Positions 16,887 to 24,651 of a DNA stretch of 26,042 nt are shown here, piece by piece. The position numbers and the translations under genes were made by a program. The stretch lies in IMG/VR virus record IMGVR_UViG_3300025879_000094, positions 1 to 26,042 of that record; one strand, 5' to 3'. The first letter of the stretch is position 1, and every line of letters starts with the position of its first letter. The notes under the pieces are model-generated. The model did not search any database and was not told the origin of the DNA. It saw nothing but the letters and a program-made list of their open reading frames with translations. The stretch comes from a virus. Taxonomy: Duplodnaviria > Caudoviricetes.

Positions 16887-17371
16887 AAAATACACTTTAC
16901 GATATTAAAAACGAATACCTAGAACTAGTAACCGAAATAGAAGAGCTAGAGGGCGAGCTTACCCCAGAGCTAGAGTATAAGCTAAAAATTAACCAGAACG
17001 AACTACAAACGAAGGCTATAGCTTACCACTCGGTAATTTTAAGTAAAGAGGCGTTTAATACGACAATAGATAACGAAATAAAACGCTTACAGGCAATGAA
17101 AAAGCAAAATAACAATGTTATAGACCGCCTAAAAAATAGCCTAGTCTCAGCTATAGAATTGTTTGGCGAGTTTAAAATAGGCACTAACACCTTCGGACTG
17201 AGAAAGTCTGAGAGGGTAGAAATAGAGGACGTTAATTTATTACCTAAAGAATTTAAGACGGTAAAGGTTACAGAGCAAGCCAATAAAATAGAGATAAAAA
17301 AGGCTTTAAAGCTAGGGCAAGAAATAAAAAATACGTACCTTAAAGAAATTTATAATTTAAAAATAAAGTAA
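16883..17371 (+). CDS. Siphovirus Gp157-family protein
   Basis: TLYDI N-terminus, coiled coil with EIKRLQAMK, FGLRKSERVEIED...LPKEF and KIEIKKALKLGQEI...NLKIK C-terminus. Confidence 0.88.
   Translation: MKNTLYDIKNEYLELVTEIEELEGELTPELEYKLKINQNELQTKAIAYHSVILSKEAFNTTIDNEIKRLQAMKKQNNNVIDRLKNSLVSAIELFGEFKIGTNTFGLRKSERVEIEDVNLLPKEFKTVKVTEQANKIEIKKALKLGQEIKNTYLKEIYNLKIK
17322..17370 (+). repeat. 49-bp direct repeat, copy 1 (3' end of the Gp157 gene)
   Basis: aaataaaaaatacgtaccttaaagaaatttataatttaaaaataaagta; 48/49 identical to 17733-17781. Confidence 0.97.
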
Positions 17372-17372
17372 C

Positions 17373-17726
17373 ATGATTAAATTCTCCACAAGATTAGTGG
17401 TAATTTGCAAAAGCCGAGTTTTAAAAATACCTATTGATTACAGGGGCTATTTACAAGGTAAGAACGAGGGCAAACTATGGGAAGAGTACAAATGTAAAAA
17501 CATACTTCAACCTATTGTTTGGGAAAGTTTCGGTATTGTTTTACAAAAACGTGCTAAACCAGTCAAATCAATATCAGAGTCAAATGTAAAAAAAATTAAA
17601 ACTATAATTCCTCAACTTGATATTACTAATTGTGATCTTTATAATCCTGAAAACTGGGGAATGTACAAAGGCGAATTTCTATTGTTAGATTATGGAATTG
17701 ATGAAAAAATAAGTAAAATGTATTAG
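17373..17726 (+). CDS. Minimal protein-kinase-like fold protein
   Basis: STRLV (beta1-2), VLKIP (catalytic Lys), KNE (alphaC Glu), CDLYNPENWG (catalytic loop D...N) and LLLDYG (DFG equivalent) in canonical order in 117 aa. Confidence 0.65.
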   Translation: MIKFSTRLVVICKSRVLKIPIDYRGYLQGKNEGKLWEEYKCKNILQPIVWESFGIVLQKRAKPVKSISESNVKKIKTIIPQLDITNCDLYNPENWGMYKGEFLLLDYGIDEKISKMY

Positions 17727-17732
17727 GTCAGA

Positions 17733-17781
17733 AAATAAAAAATACGTACCTTAAAGAAATTTTTAATTTAAAAATAAAGTA
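17733..17781 (+). repeat. 49-bp direct repeat, copy 2 (orphan copy of the Gp157 3' end)
   Basis: One mismatch versus copy 1; still reads (LGQK)IKNTYLKEIFNLKIK* in frame. Confidence 0.97.
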
Positions 17782-17810
17782 GGACGCTCTTACCTACGTA
17801 ATTTAGGAGC
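17779..17810 (+). promoter_or_regulatory. Predicted H-type RNA pseudoknot in the SSB leader
   Basis: S1 GUAGG(17779-83)/CCUAC(17793-97); S2 GCUCUUA(17786-92)/UAGGAGC(17804-10, one G-U pair); loops of 2, 0 and 6 nt; followed by 19 A-rich nt to the ATG. Confidence 0.6.
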
Positions 17811-17829
17811 AATAAAAAACATATATAAA

Positions 17830-18489
17830 ATGGCGAGATTAAACCGACCAACAACACAAACGAGTAATCCAGTTACTAAATTTTTAAACTGGAAGAGTAA
17901 CGACCAAGCGTTTAGCTACTACGACAAGCAAAAGGGCGAAAACGTAAAAGTAGAGTTACCTATTAAATTCCTATTTTTAGAACATTACCACACCGTAAAG
18001 GGCTGGAATGACGCAAGCGAAAGCGGAATTTACTCTAACGAAGTTTACGCTATTTCTAAAGAGCCTTTAACTGTGAGAGCCTTTAAAGGTGGCGAAATAG
18101 CTAACGGACTCTACAAAGAAAACAAAGAGAAAATAAAAAACGCTGGCGGAGTTTATCACCGTTCAGTATACGCTATGTTACCAGACGGCGAGCTTGTCAA
18201 TTTCCAGTTAAAAGGTATAGGCGTAAAGGCTTACTCTGATTTTTACAACGAAAATAACCACTTACTAGATAACCAATTTATAGAGGTTAACGAAGTGGTA
18301 GAAGGAAAAAAAGGATCTATAAAATTTTCGTCACCTAAATTTGAATTAGGAAAGCCTATAACTAAAGCGGACGACAAACTAGCCAACGAGTGCGCCCAAA
18401 AGCTACAGGGGTATATGGATATTTATACCGCTGGAATTGATGAAACAGAGCCTACACTAGACTCTGACGGTGATATTTTACCGTTTTAA
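17830..18489 (+). CDS. Putative single-stranded DNA-binding protein
   Basis: Aromatic, beta-rich body; acidic tail ending DSDGDILPF, like the SSB C-terminal DDIPF motif; lies in the replication module. Confidence 0.7.
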   Translation: MARLNRPTTQTSNPVTKFLNWKSNDQAFSYYDKQKGENVKVELPIKFLFLEHYHTVKGWNDASESGIYSNEVYAISKEPLTVRAFKGGEIANGLYKENKEKIKNAGGVYHRSVYAMLPDGELVNFQLKGIGVKAYSDFYNENNHLLDNQFIEVNEVVEGKKGSIKFSSPKFELGKPITKADDKLANECAQKLQGYMDIYTAGIDETEPTLDSDGDILPF

Positions 18490-18512
18490 ACTAGTTTAAA
18501 CCTTTAAACCTT

Positions 18513-18545
18513 AACCCCTATTATTGATTTAATAGGGGTTTTTTT
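18513..18545 (+). terminator. Rho-independent terminator
   Basis: 11-bp stem AACCCCTATTA/TAATAGGGGTT, 6-nt loop, followed by a T run; just after the SSB stop. Confidence 0.88.
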
Positions 18546-18548
18546 ATG

Positions 18549-18757
18549 ACACGTTTTAGGGCTTTTCTATACCCCTTTAGAAACAATTTTTTTATTTTTC
18601 ATAGGGGGGGGCTATTTTTAGAAAAAAACGTGTAAACGTGTAATATATTTTATAAAGCTATGTAAAACAATGATTTAAGAATACACGTTTAAAACGTTTT
18701 GTGTTTAAATAATTTTTACTATATTTGTAGACCTTAATAAAATACATAAAACGTTTT
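18549..18757. other. Putative replication origin with ACACGTTT/AAACGT iteron-like repeats
   Basis: ACACGTTT at 18549 and 18683; reverse copies AAACGTGT in tandem at 18626 and 18634; further AAACGTTT cores near 18692 and 18748; G8 tract at 18604-18611; largest non-coding region, directly before the primase. Confidence 0.5.
18698..18727 (+). promoter_or_regulatory. Bacteroidota-type promoter for the replication operon
   Basis: TTTG, 18 nt, TATATTTG; shares TTTTACTATATTTGT with the promoter near 15300. Confidence 0.72.
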
Positions 18758-18760
18758 TTT

Positions 18761-18832
18761 TAAAGCCAGTATATTAAATTAGTGGGTTTCTATTGTATAC
18801 CTTTTAAGGGACTAATTTAATTTCTGGCTTTA
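18761..18832 (+). promoter_or_regulatory. Long stem-loop in the primase 5' leader
   Basis: TAAAGCCAG(18761-69)/CTGGCTTTA(18824-32) and ATTAAATTAGT(18773-83)/ACTAATTTAAT(18811-21) enclose a 27-nt loop. Confidence 0.7.
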
Positions 18833-18850
18833 TACTTTTATAACCCTTAT

Positions 18851-21187
18851 ATGAAAAAATTAACCGTATCTATTTTTAAAGACCTTTACAAATCTAAAGA
18901 TGTACCTTTTAAAATTACTTTAGAGCAAGCTCTGGAGCGTATTAGAGTGGGTAAGTCTAAAGCTAAAATAGACGCTATAAGAAACGGAAACAAAGAACTA
19001 AAAAACTCGTTACCCTGTATTTTATTTGCTGGGGACTTTAGCCAGAGAAACAGTAACAGCTTAGTAGCTCATTCTGGTTTAATGGTTACGGACTTCGATA
19101 AGTACCCAGACGAAACAACTATGTTAGCTCACCTAGAAGAGCTAAAGAAAAATAAACACTTTGTAACTTTGTTTATTTCGCCCTCTGGTAATGGAATAAA
19201 AGGAGTAGTAAAAATACCTAAATGCGACAAATTAGAACACAGCAAATATTTTAAAGCGTTTAACGAAACTTTTAACTACGAATATTTTGACATAGCTAAC
19301 TCAAACGTGGATCGCGTCTGTTTTGAAAGTGCCGACGAAAATATTTACATAAATTACGAGGCTGTAGAGTTTGCTCCCGAACTAATAGACCAGGGGTTTA
19401 CTGTGAACGAGAAAGTACCTTTACTACCTTTAAACGATGAACACCGTATAGCTGAAATTATATTAAAATTTAACTGGTCTAAGGATTTTATAGAGGGACA
19501 AAGGAATAACTATATTTTTGACCTTGCTGGCGCTTTTTGTGAGTACGGTTTAAATGAGCAATTTACAGAAATGTATTTACAAAATAACGTTGTCTACGGT
19601 GATTTTACAGACGCTGAGTTAAGGACCACAATAAAAAGCGCGTATAAAACTAGACGTTTCGGTATTAAATATTTTGAGGACTACGGTAAAATAGACCGTA
19701 TAAAAATGGATCTAAACAAGGGGCGCGAAAGGGTAATAAAAAAACACAATATAGACGCTGAGGTATACGAGGAGATTAAAGAGGTAATAGAACACGAAGA
19801 GTTTTACATAAAGGAAGAGCAAAAAAACGGAAAACAAAAAATTTCTATTGATACCTTAAAGTATAAAATATTTCTAGAGACTAACGGTTTTAAAAAATAC
19901 TTTCCTAATGGCTCTGAAAAACCTACTTTTGTTAGAGTTATTTCGAACAAAGTAAACGAAACGAGCGAGGCTAAAATTAAAGACTTTGTTTTAACCTACC
20001 TTTTAGACTCTGGACTAAAAGACGTTTATAGCTATTGCGCAAATTATCAAAACCTTTTTACTGAGTCGTTTTTATTGATACTAGACACAATAGAGCTAAT
20101 GCTGTTAAACGACACAAAAGAAAAAAGTTTTATAGCTTATCAAAATGGAGTATTAGAAATAAATAAAAACAAGGTTAATCTAGTAGATTTTATAGACATA
20201 GACGGCTATATTTGGGAAAGCCAGATAATAAAAAGAGACTTTGTTTTTTCTGATAATTTAGAAAACGACTACAAACAGTTTATTTTAAACGTTAGTAACA
20301 AATCGCCTTTGCCTATTGAGTCTACTATAGGTTATTTAATTCATACCTACAAAAGCAAAAGAGACAATAAAGCGGTAATTTTAAACGATGAAGTTATAAG
20401 CGATAACCCAGAGGGCGGAACTGGTAAAGGTTTATTTGTGCAAGGGCTGAGACAAATTAGAAACGTCTCAATTTTGGACGGAAAAACTTTTGACGATACA
20501 AAAAACTTTCCCTACCAAACTCTAAACCAAGACACCCAGATACTCGTTTTTGACGACGTTAAAAAAAACTTCGACTTTGAAAAACGTTTTTCTCTGGTTA
20601 CCGAGGGTATAACTTTAGAGCGTAAAAATAAGGACGCTATAAAACTTACGGTAGAGGAAAGCCCTAAAATGTTACTATCTACAAACTACGCTATAAAGGG
20701 CGAGGGTAACAGCCACGACCGTAGACGACACGAACTAGAAATTGCTCAATATTACGGCAAAGATTTAACGCCTTACGAAGAGTTTAAACGTGAACTGTTT
20801 GACGACTGGACTAGTAAAGATTTTATAGCTTTTGATAACTACATAGTTTATTGTATACAGATTTATTTAAAAGGCGGTTTAATGCAACAGAACGCAAAAA
20901 ATTTAAAGCTACGTAAATTTATAGCTGAAACGTCACACGAATTTTACGAGTGGGTAGTAGACTTCGAAAACGTACCTAGAGGTGTTAGAAATGACAAAGT
21001 TTTATATTTTGAGAACTTTATAGAAGAGTATAAAGATTTTAAAAAGTGGCTAAGTCGTAAAAAGTTTAATATTTGGATAAAAAAATACTCTAATTTTTCT
21101 AAACTAAAATATGACGACGGAATAACTAACGGACAGCGCTGGTTTATTTTAGGAGACGATAAAAAACTAGACGAAACACCTTTTTAG
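18851..21187 (+). CDS. Primase-helicase (BT4734/VirE-N-like primase domain, PriCT-like domain, SF3-type P-loop helicase)
   Basis: KNSLPCILFAG, HSGLMVTDFD, FISPSGNGIK and RVCFES primase motifs; GQRNNYIF; Walker A GGTGKG, Walker B LVFDD, sensor STN; DETPF C-terminus. Confidence 0.9.
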   Translation: MKKLTVSIFKDLYKSKDVPFKITLEQALERIRVGKSKAKIDAIRNGNKELKNSLPCILFAGDFSQRNSNSLVAHSGLMVTDFDKYPDETTMLAHLEELKKNKHFVTLFISPSGNGIKGVVKIPKCDKLEHSKYFKAFNETFNYEYFDIANSNVDRVCFESADENIYINYEAVEFAPELIDQGFTVNEKVPLLPLNDEHRIAEIILKFNWSKDFIEGQRNNYIFDLAGAFCEYGLNEQFTEMYLQNNVVYGDFTDAELRTTIKSAYKTRRFGIKYFEDYGKIDRIKMDLNKGRERVIKKHNIDAEVYEEIKEVIEHEEFYIKEEQKNGKQKISIDTLKYKIFLETNGFKKYFPNGSEKPTFVRVISNKVNETSEAKIKDFVLTYLLDSGLKDVYSYCANYQNLFTESFLLILDTIELMLLNDTKEKSFIAYQNGVLEINKNKVNLVDFIDIDGYIWESQIIKRDFVFSDNLENDYKQFILNVSNKSPLPIESTIGYLIHTYKSKRDNKAVILNDEVISDNPEGGTGKGLFVQGLRQIRNVSILDGKTFDDTKNFPYQTLNQDTQILVFDDVKKNFDFEKRFSLVTEGITLERKNKDAIKLTVEESPKMLLSTNYAIKGEGNSHDRRRHELEIAQYYGKDLTPYEEFKRELFDDWTSKDFIAFDNYIVYCIQIYLKGGLMQQNAKNLKLRKFIAETSHEFYEWVVDFENVPRGVRNDKVLYFENFIEEYKDFKKWLSRKKFNIWIKKYSNFSKLKYDDGITNGQRWFILGDDKKLDETPF

Positions 21188-21188
21188 T

Positions 21189-21518
21189 ATGAAAGATTTA
21201 ATAAACCCAGACGGCAGTATTAATGAACATAAAGAGTTTACGTTTTTAAACTCAGATAAAAAGCTTAGGATTACAAAAACTGAGGACCTTTATAATTCTG
21301 GAGTCTGGACCGTTATAGATACGGTTAAAAATTTAGATAATAACAACCTTACAGAAATTTCTAGAGAAAAATTAAATAAATATAAACCCAAAATAGTAGA
21401 AAATGAAAGAAATAATTTTGAAAACCTTAAAAGAAAGGAAAGGAAAGGTAAACACAACGGAACTAATAGAACTAATACCAGAGGCGAAGGGCGACAAAGC
21501 AATGTTTTTACCGACTAA
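21189..21518 (+). CDS. Hypothetical protein
   Basis: ATG 1 nt after the primase stop; the last 116 nt overlap the next ORF. Confidence 0.55.
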   Translation: MKDLINPDGSINEHKEFTFLNSDKKLRITKTEDLYNSGVWTVIDTVKNLDNNNLTEISREKLNKYKPKIVENERNNFENLKRKERKGKHNGTNRTNTRGEGRQSNVFTD

Positions 21519-21750
21519 GGAAAATTACAACAAAAATATTTTAATTTGCGCCAATGTGAGCGAAAATTTTATTTTAGCTTACAACGATTTAATTTTAGAC
21601 AACAAAATTAAGCTAAAAGACGAAAGTATAGCCGAGTTTTTGCTAGCTGGTAGTCCTTACTATCCAGAAATAAAAGTAGCGAATAAAAAAAACATAAAAG
21701 GACAGGAACGAATTTTTTTACCTACTAGTTTAAACTTAGTAAATGATTAA
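21403..21750 (+). CDS. Hypothetical protein
   Basis: 115-aa ORF overlapping the helicase start. Confidence 0.65.
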   Translation: MKEIILKTLKERKGKVNTTELIELIPEAKGDKAMFLPTKENYNKNILICANVSENFILAYNDLILDNKIKLKDESIAEFLLAGSPYYPEIKVANKKNIKGQERIFLPTSLNLVND

Positions 21751-22981
21751 TTTAAGAGACTACCAGAAGAAAATAGTAGATTTAGGGTATAGTAAGCTAA
21801 TAAACTATAACCTAGTCTATTTATCTATGGAAGTTAGGACTGGTAAAACCTTAACGGCTCTAAGTTTAGCTAATAAATTTAGTAACGAACTCGTTTTATT
21901 TGTAACTAAAAAGAAAGCCATAGCCTCTATACAAAAAGACTACGAACTTTTACAGCCAGACTATAAAATAGAGGTTATAAACTACGAAAGTTTACATAAA
22001 TTTAGCGGAGAGCCTCAGACTATTATAATTGACGAGGCGCATAGTTTAGGAACTTACCCAAAACCTAGCAAAAGATTTAAAGATCTAAAAAATATCGTAA
22101 AAAACAACCCTTACAGCCGTTTAATTCTATTAAGTGGTACGCCTAGCCCAGAGTCTTACAGTCAATTATTCCACCAGTTTAGAATTTCAGATATTTATAG
22201 CCCTTTTAAAGAGTATTCTAATTTTTATAAGTGGGCTAAGGTTTACGTAGACGTAACTAAACGTAATTTAGGTTACGCTGAGGTAAACGACTACTCAAAT
22301 GCTAGGAAAAGTTTAATAGACGAAAAAATAAAAGACTATTTTATAAGTTATACACAGGCTGAGGCTGGTTTTAATCAAAAAGTTAACGAAAATATACTAA
22401 CTGTTAAAATGAAATCGGCAACTTATGACATAGCAAAGCGTTTAAAACGAGATTTGTTAGTAGAAGGTAAGGACGAAGTAATTTTAGCGGACACTAGCGT
22501 AAAATTACAGAACAAACTACACCAGATTTTCAGCGGAACGGTTAAGTTTGAGAGTGGAGAGGCTATGACTCTAGACGACTCTAAGGCTAATTTTATAAAA
22601 AATCATTTTAAAGGTAAAAAAATAGCTATATTCTATATTTTTAAACAAGAGTTTGAGCTACTTAAAACAATTTTTACTAATTTCACAGAAAGCCCAGAGG
22701 TATTTAACGAGTCTAGCGACTTAGTTTTTATAGGACAAGTCCGTAGCTCCAGAGAAGGCGTTAATTTATCTACAGCCGACGCGTTAATTTACTATAACTT
22801 AGAATTTAGCGCACTTAGTTACTTACAAGGGCGCGACAGAATGACAAGTAAGGAACGAACTAAAGAAAATAACGTATATTTTATTTTTTCTGAGGGCGGA
22901 ATCGAAAAACATATTTATAAAAGAGTAAGCAATAAACTAGACTTTACTAATTCATATTTTAAGCGTATAAATGGCGAGTAA
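21743..22981 (+). CDS. Superfamily 2 (SNF2-like) helicase
   Basis: Q-motif LRDYQ, Walker A MEVRTGKT, DEAH, LSGTP, EGVNL and QGRDR motifs. Confidence 0.92.
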   Translation: MINLRDYQKKIVDLGYSKLINYNLVYLSMEVRTGKTLTALSLANKFSNELVLFVTKKKAIASIQKDYELLQPDYKIEVINYESLHKFSGEPQTIIIDEAHSLGTYPKPSKRFKDLKNIVKNNPYSRLILLSGTPSPESYSQLFHQFRISDIYSPFKEYSNFYKWAKVYVDVTKRNLGYAEVNDYSNARKSLIDEKIKDYFISYTQAEAGFNQKVNENILTVKMKSATYDIAKRLKRDLLVEGKDEVILADTSVKLQNKLHQIFSGTVKFESGEAMTLDDSKANFIKNHFKGKKIAIFYIFKQEFELLKTIFTNFTESPEVFNESSDLVFIGQVRSSREGVNLSTADALIYYNLEFSALSYLQGRDRMTSKERTKENNVYFIFSEGGIEKHIYKRVSNKLDFTNSYFKRINGE

Positions 22982-23219
22982 ATACCAGACAAAAGTTATA
23001 AAAAGGTTTGAGAACGACGGATATTTAGTTATTAATTTAATTAAAACCAATAAAAACGGTATACCCGACTTACTTTGCATAAAAGAAGGCGAAAAACCTT
23101 TATTTATTGAATGTAAAGAGGCTACAGACACGTTAAAACCTTTACAAAAGTACAGAATTAAGGAATTAAAAGAGTACGGAGCTGACGCTATTGTTTTACA
23201 GGACCAAAAAATGATTTAA
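22971..23219 (+). CDS. VRR-NUC domain endonuclease
   Basis: GIPDL...FIECK...LKPLQ PD-(D/E)xK signature; typical partner of phage SNF2-like helicases. Confidence 0.9.
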   Translation: MASKYQTKVIKRFENDGYLVINLIKTNKNGIPDLLCIKEGEKPLFIECKEATDTLKPLQKYRIKELKEYGADAIVLQDQKMI

Positions 23220-23229
23220 AATTTATTAT

Positions 23230-23237
23230 TATCTTTG
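23230..23237 (+). promoter_or_regulatory. Possible -7 promoter element (TATCTTTG) giving a near-leaderless transcript
   Basis: Matches TAnnTTTG in the 23-nt intergenic gap, 5 nt before ATG 23243. No clear -33 TTTG. Confidence 0.45.
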
Positions 23238-23242
23238 TTAAA

Positions 23243-23698
23243 ATGGTAGATAAAATTTATAACTGTCAAACTTGTAGAAATTACGCTAAAAATATAGCTA
23301 AAGACGACTACGAGGAAATTTTTAGCCTAGCGATTGAAAAAATAATTTTACAAAACCCGCAAAAAGTCGAAAATTATAAGTCTTACTTCTATACTGTACT
23401 CAAAAGCGTATATTTAGACTATTTAAAAGACAGGGAAAGTTTAGTTTTTGTAGAAGAGTATTTTAATACAGCTGAAATAGTGCCAGAAAACAATTATAAA
23501 CTGGCTTTAGAGTCTTTTTTAAATAAAAAAACAGATAATGAGGAGTTTATTTTTTATCAAGACCTAATTTATTTGAGTTTCGAAAATTCTAAGCTCAGTT
23601 TGTGTAAAAAATTGAAGTTAAGACGCGCGGACTTAGATGTTTATTTAAATAATGCGCATAAACTTATAAAAAATGAGTATAATTTACTTACTAACTAG
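23243..23698 (+). CDS. Sigma-70/ECF-like transcription factor (putative late activator)
   Basis: Region-2-like DDYEEIFSLAIEKI...YKSYFYTVLKSVYLDYLK and region-4-like SKLSLCKKLKLRRADLDVYLNNAHKLIK; located at the replication/packaging boundary. Confidence 0.65.
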   Translation: MVDKIYNCQTCRNYAKNIAKDDYEEIFSLAIEKIILQNPQKVENYKSYFYTVLKSVYLDYLKDRESLVFVEEYFNTAEIVPENNYKLALESFLNKKTDNEEFIFYQDLIYLSFENSKLSLCKKLKLRRADLDVYLNNAHKLIKNEYNLLTN

Positions 23699-23903
23699 TA
23701 TAGCTGTAGTTATTTACCTAAAAGATAGTTTAAATTTGTTTTTTAAACTAAAAATATGGCTAGGCTATCCACCTACTGAAATGGTAAAGCCCTTCGACTG
23801 TTATTTTTGTCTAATTGGCTGGGCTACAATTTTAACTTTTTTGTTTACCTTTGATTTTTACACTTTGCCAGTAGGTTATTTAATAGCAAAACAATGGAAC
23901 TAA
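23673..23903 (+). CDS. Small membrane protein with KPFDCxxC motif
   Basis: Hydrophobic segments flank KPFDCYFCLIGW. Confidence 0.65.
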   Translation: MSIIYLLTSIAVVIYLKDSLNLFFKLKIWLGYPPTEMVKPFDCYFCLIGWATILTFLFTFDFYTLPVGYLIAKQWN

Positions 23904-24190
23904 TAGAATTTAAAGAAAAATTAAGAAAAAAAGTAAATTACTGCGCTGTATTTTTTAATGATACAGAAAAAACTTTTTTAAATGGTACTTATTACGAAAT
24001 TTTCGGAAAAATACCCAAACAAAACTGTAACGGTTGCGCTATTGATACGTATAAAAGACTATTAAAACACTTAGAAGAGACAGAGCAAACCGAAGAGCTT
24101 ACTTTAGCTGAGCAATACACAAAAAAATATAACAAACCCCTACCAAATCGTTACAAATACGACGAGGACTGGATAAAATCAAAATTATAA
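23894..24190 (+). CDS. Small CxxC protein
   Basis: YYEIFGK...NCNGC; short C-terminal helical module LAEQYTKKYNK...WIKSKL. Confidence 0.65.
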   Translation: MELIEFKEKLRKKVNYCAVFFNDTEKTFLNGTYYEIFGKIPKQNCNGCAIDTYKRLLKHLEETEQTEELTLAEQYTKKYNKPLPNRYKYDEDWIKSKL

Positions 24191-24192
24191 CT

Positions 24193-24651
24193 ATGCACCC
24201 GACACGAATTTTTAAAACTCCAGCAGATCTATACGACAAATTTAAAGAATATAAAGAAGAGTTAGAAGATAAAGCTAGACAATGGGAAAAAATACAGTAC
24301 GTAGGTAAGGACGGTAAGAAAGTAATAGACTTTCCTAAACTACCTATAAGTTTAGAAGGTTTTTATAGGTTTTGCTGGGACAATGAGTTAGGAAATATTG
24401 AGCAATATTTTAGAAATAAAGACAAATATTACTCTGACTTTGTCGCTGTCTGTTCGCGTGTAAGAAATGAAATAAGAGAGGACCAGATTACAGGCGGACT
24501 ACTCGGTTTCTATAACCCTAGCATAACACAGAGGCTAAACAACCTAAAAGAAACCGTAGAAACGAACACGAGCGCGAACGTAAAACTAATGAACATAGAC
24601 GTACTAAATGATACGACCGACGACGGCGCTAAGGAAAATAGCGAGCAGTAA
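24193..24651 (+). CDS. terS: Terminase small subunit (P22 gp3-like DNA-packaging family)
   Basis: FKTPADL, PISLEGF and IREDQITGGLLGFYNPSITQRL motifs; overlaps terL. Confidence 0.85.
   Translation: MHPTRIFKTPADLYDKFKEYKEELEDKARQWEKIQYVGKDGKKVIDFPKLPISLEGFYRFCWDNELGNIEQYFRNKDKYYSDFVAVCSRVRNEIREDQITGGLLGFYNPSITQRLNNLKETVETNTSANVKLMNIDVLNDTTDDGAKENSEQ

Noticed and set aside
17322-17781. Direct repeats as a CRISPR mini-array or IS ends
   Set aside because: Only two copies, 411 bp apart, derived from coding sequence; no terminal inverted repeats, transposase or cas genes.
17310-17782. Direct repeats as a diversity-generating retroelement TR/VR pair
   Set aside because: The repeat is short, the differences in the extended alignment are not confined to adenines of one copy, and there is no reverse transcriptase in the window.
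578-21502. All minus-strand ORFs in the track (e.g. 5025-5576, 6742-7311, 8237-8665)
   Set aside because: They lie antisense to well-supported + strand genes, have low-complexity S/F/L-rich shadow composition and show no recognisable motifs.
21403-21518. 116-nt overlap between two hypothetical ORFs as a programmed frameshift
   Set aside because: No clear slippery site with a downstream structure; long same-strand overlaps occur elsewhere in this genome, and the downstream ORF has its own A-rich ATG.
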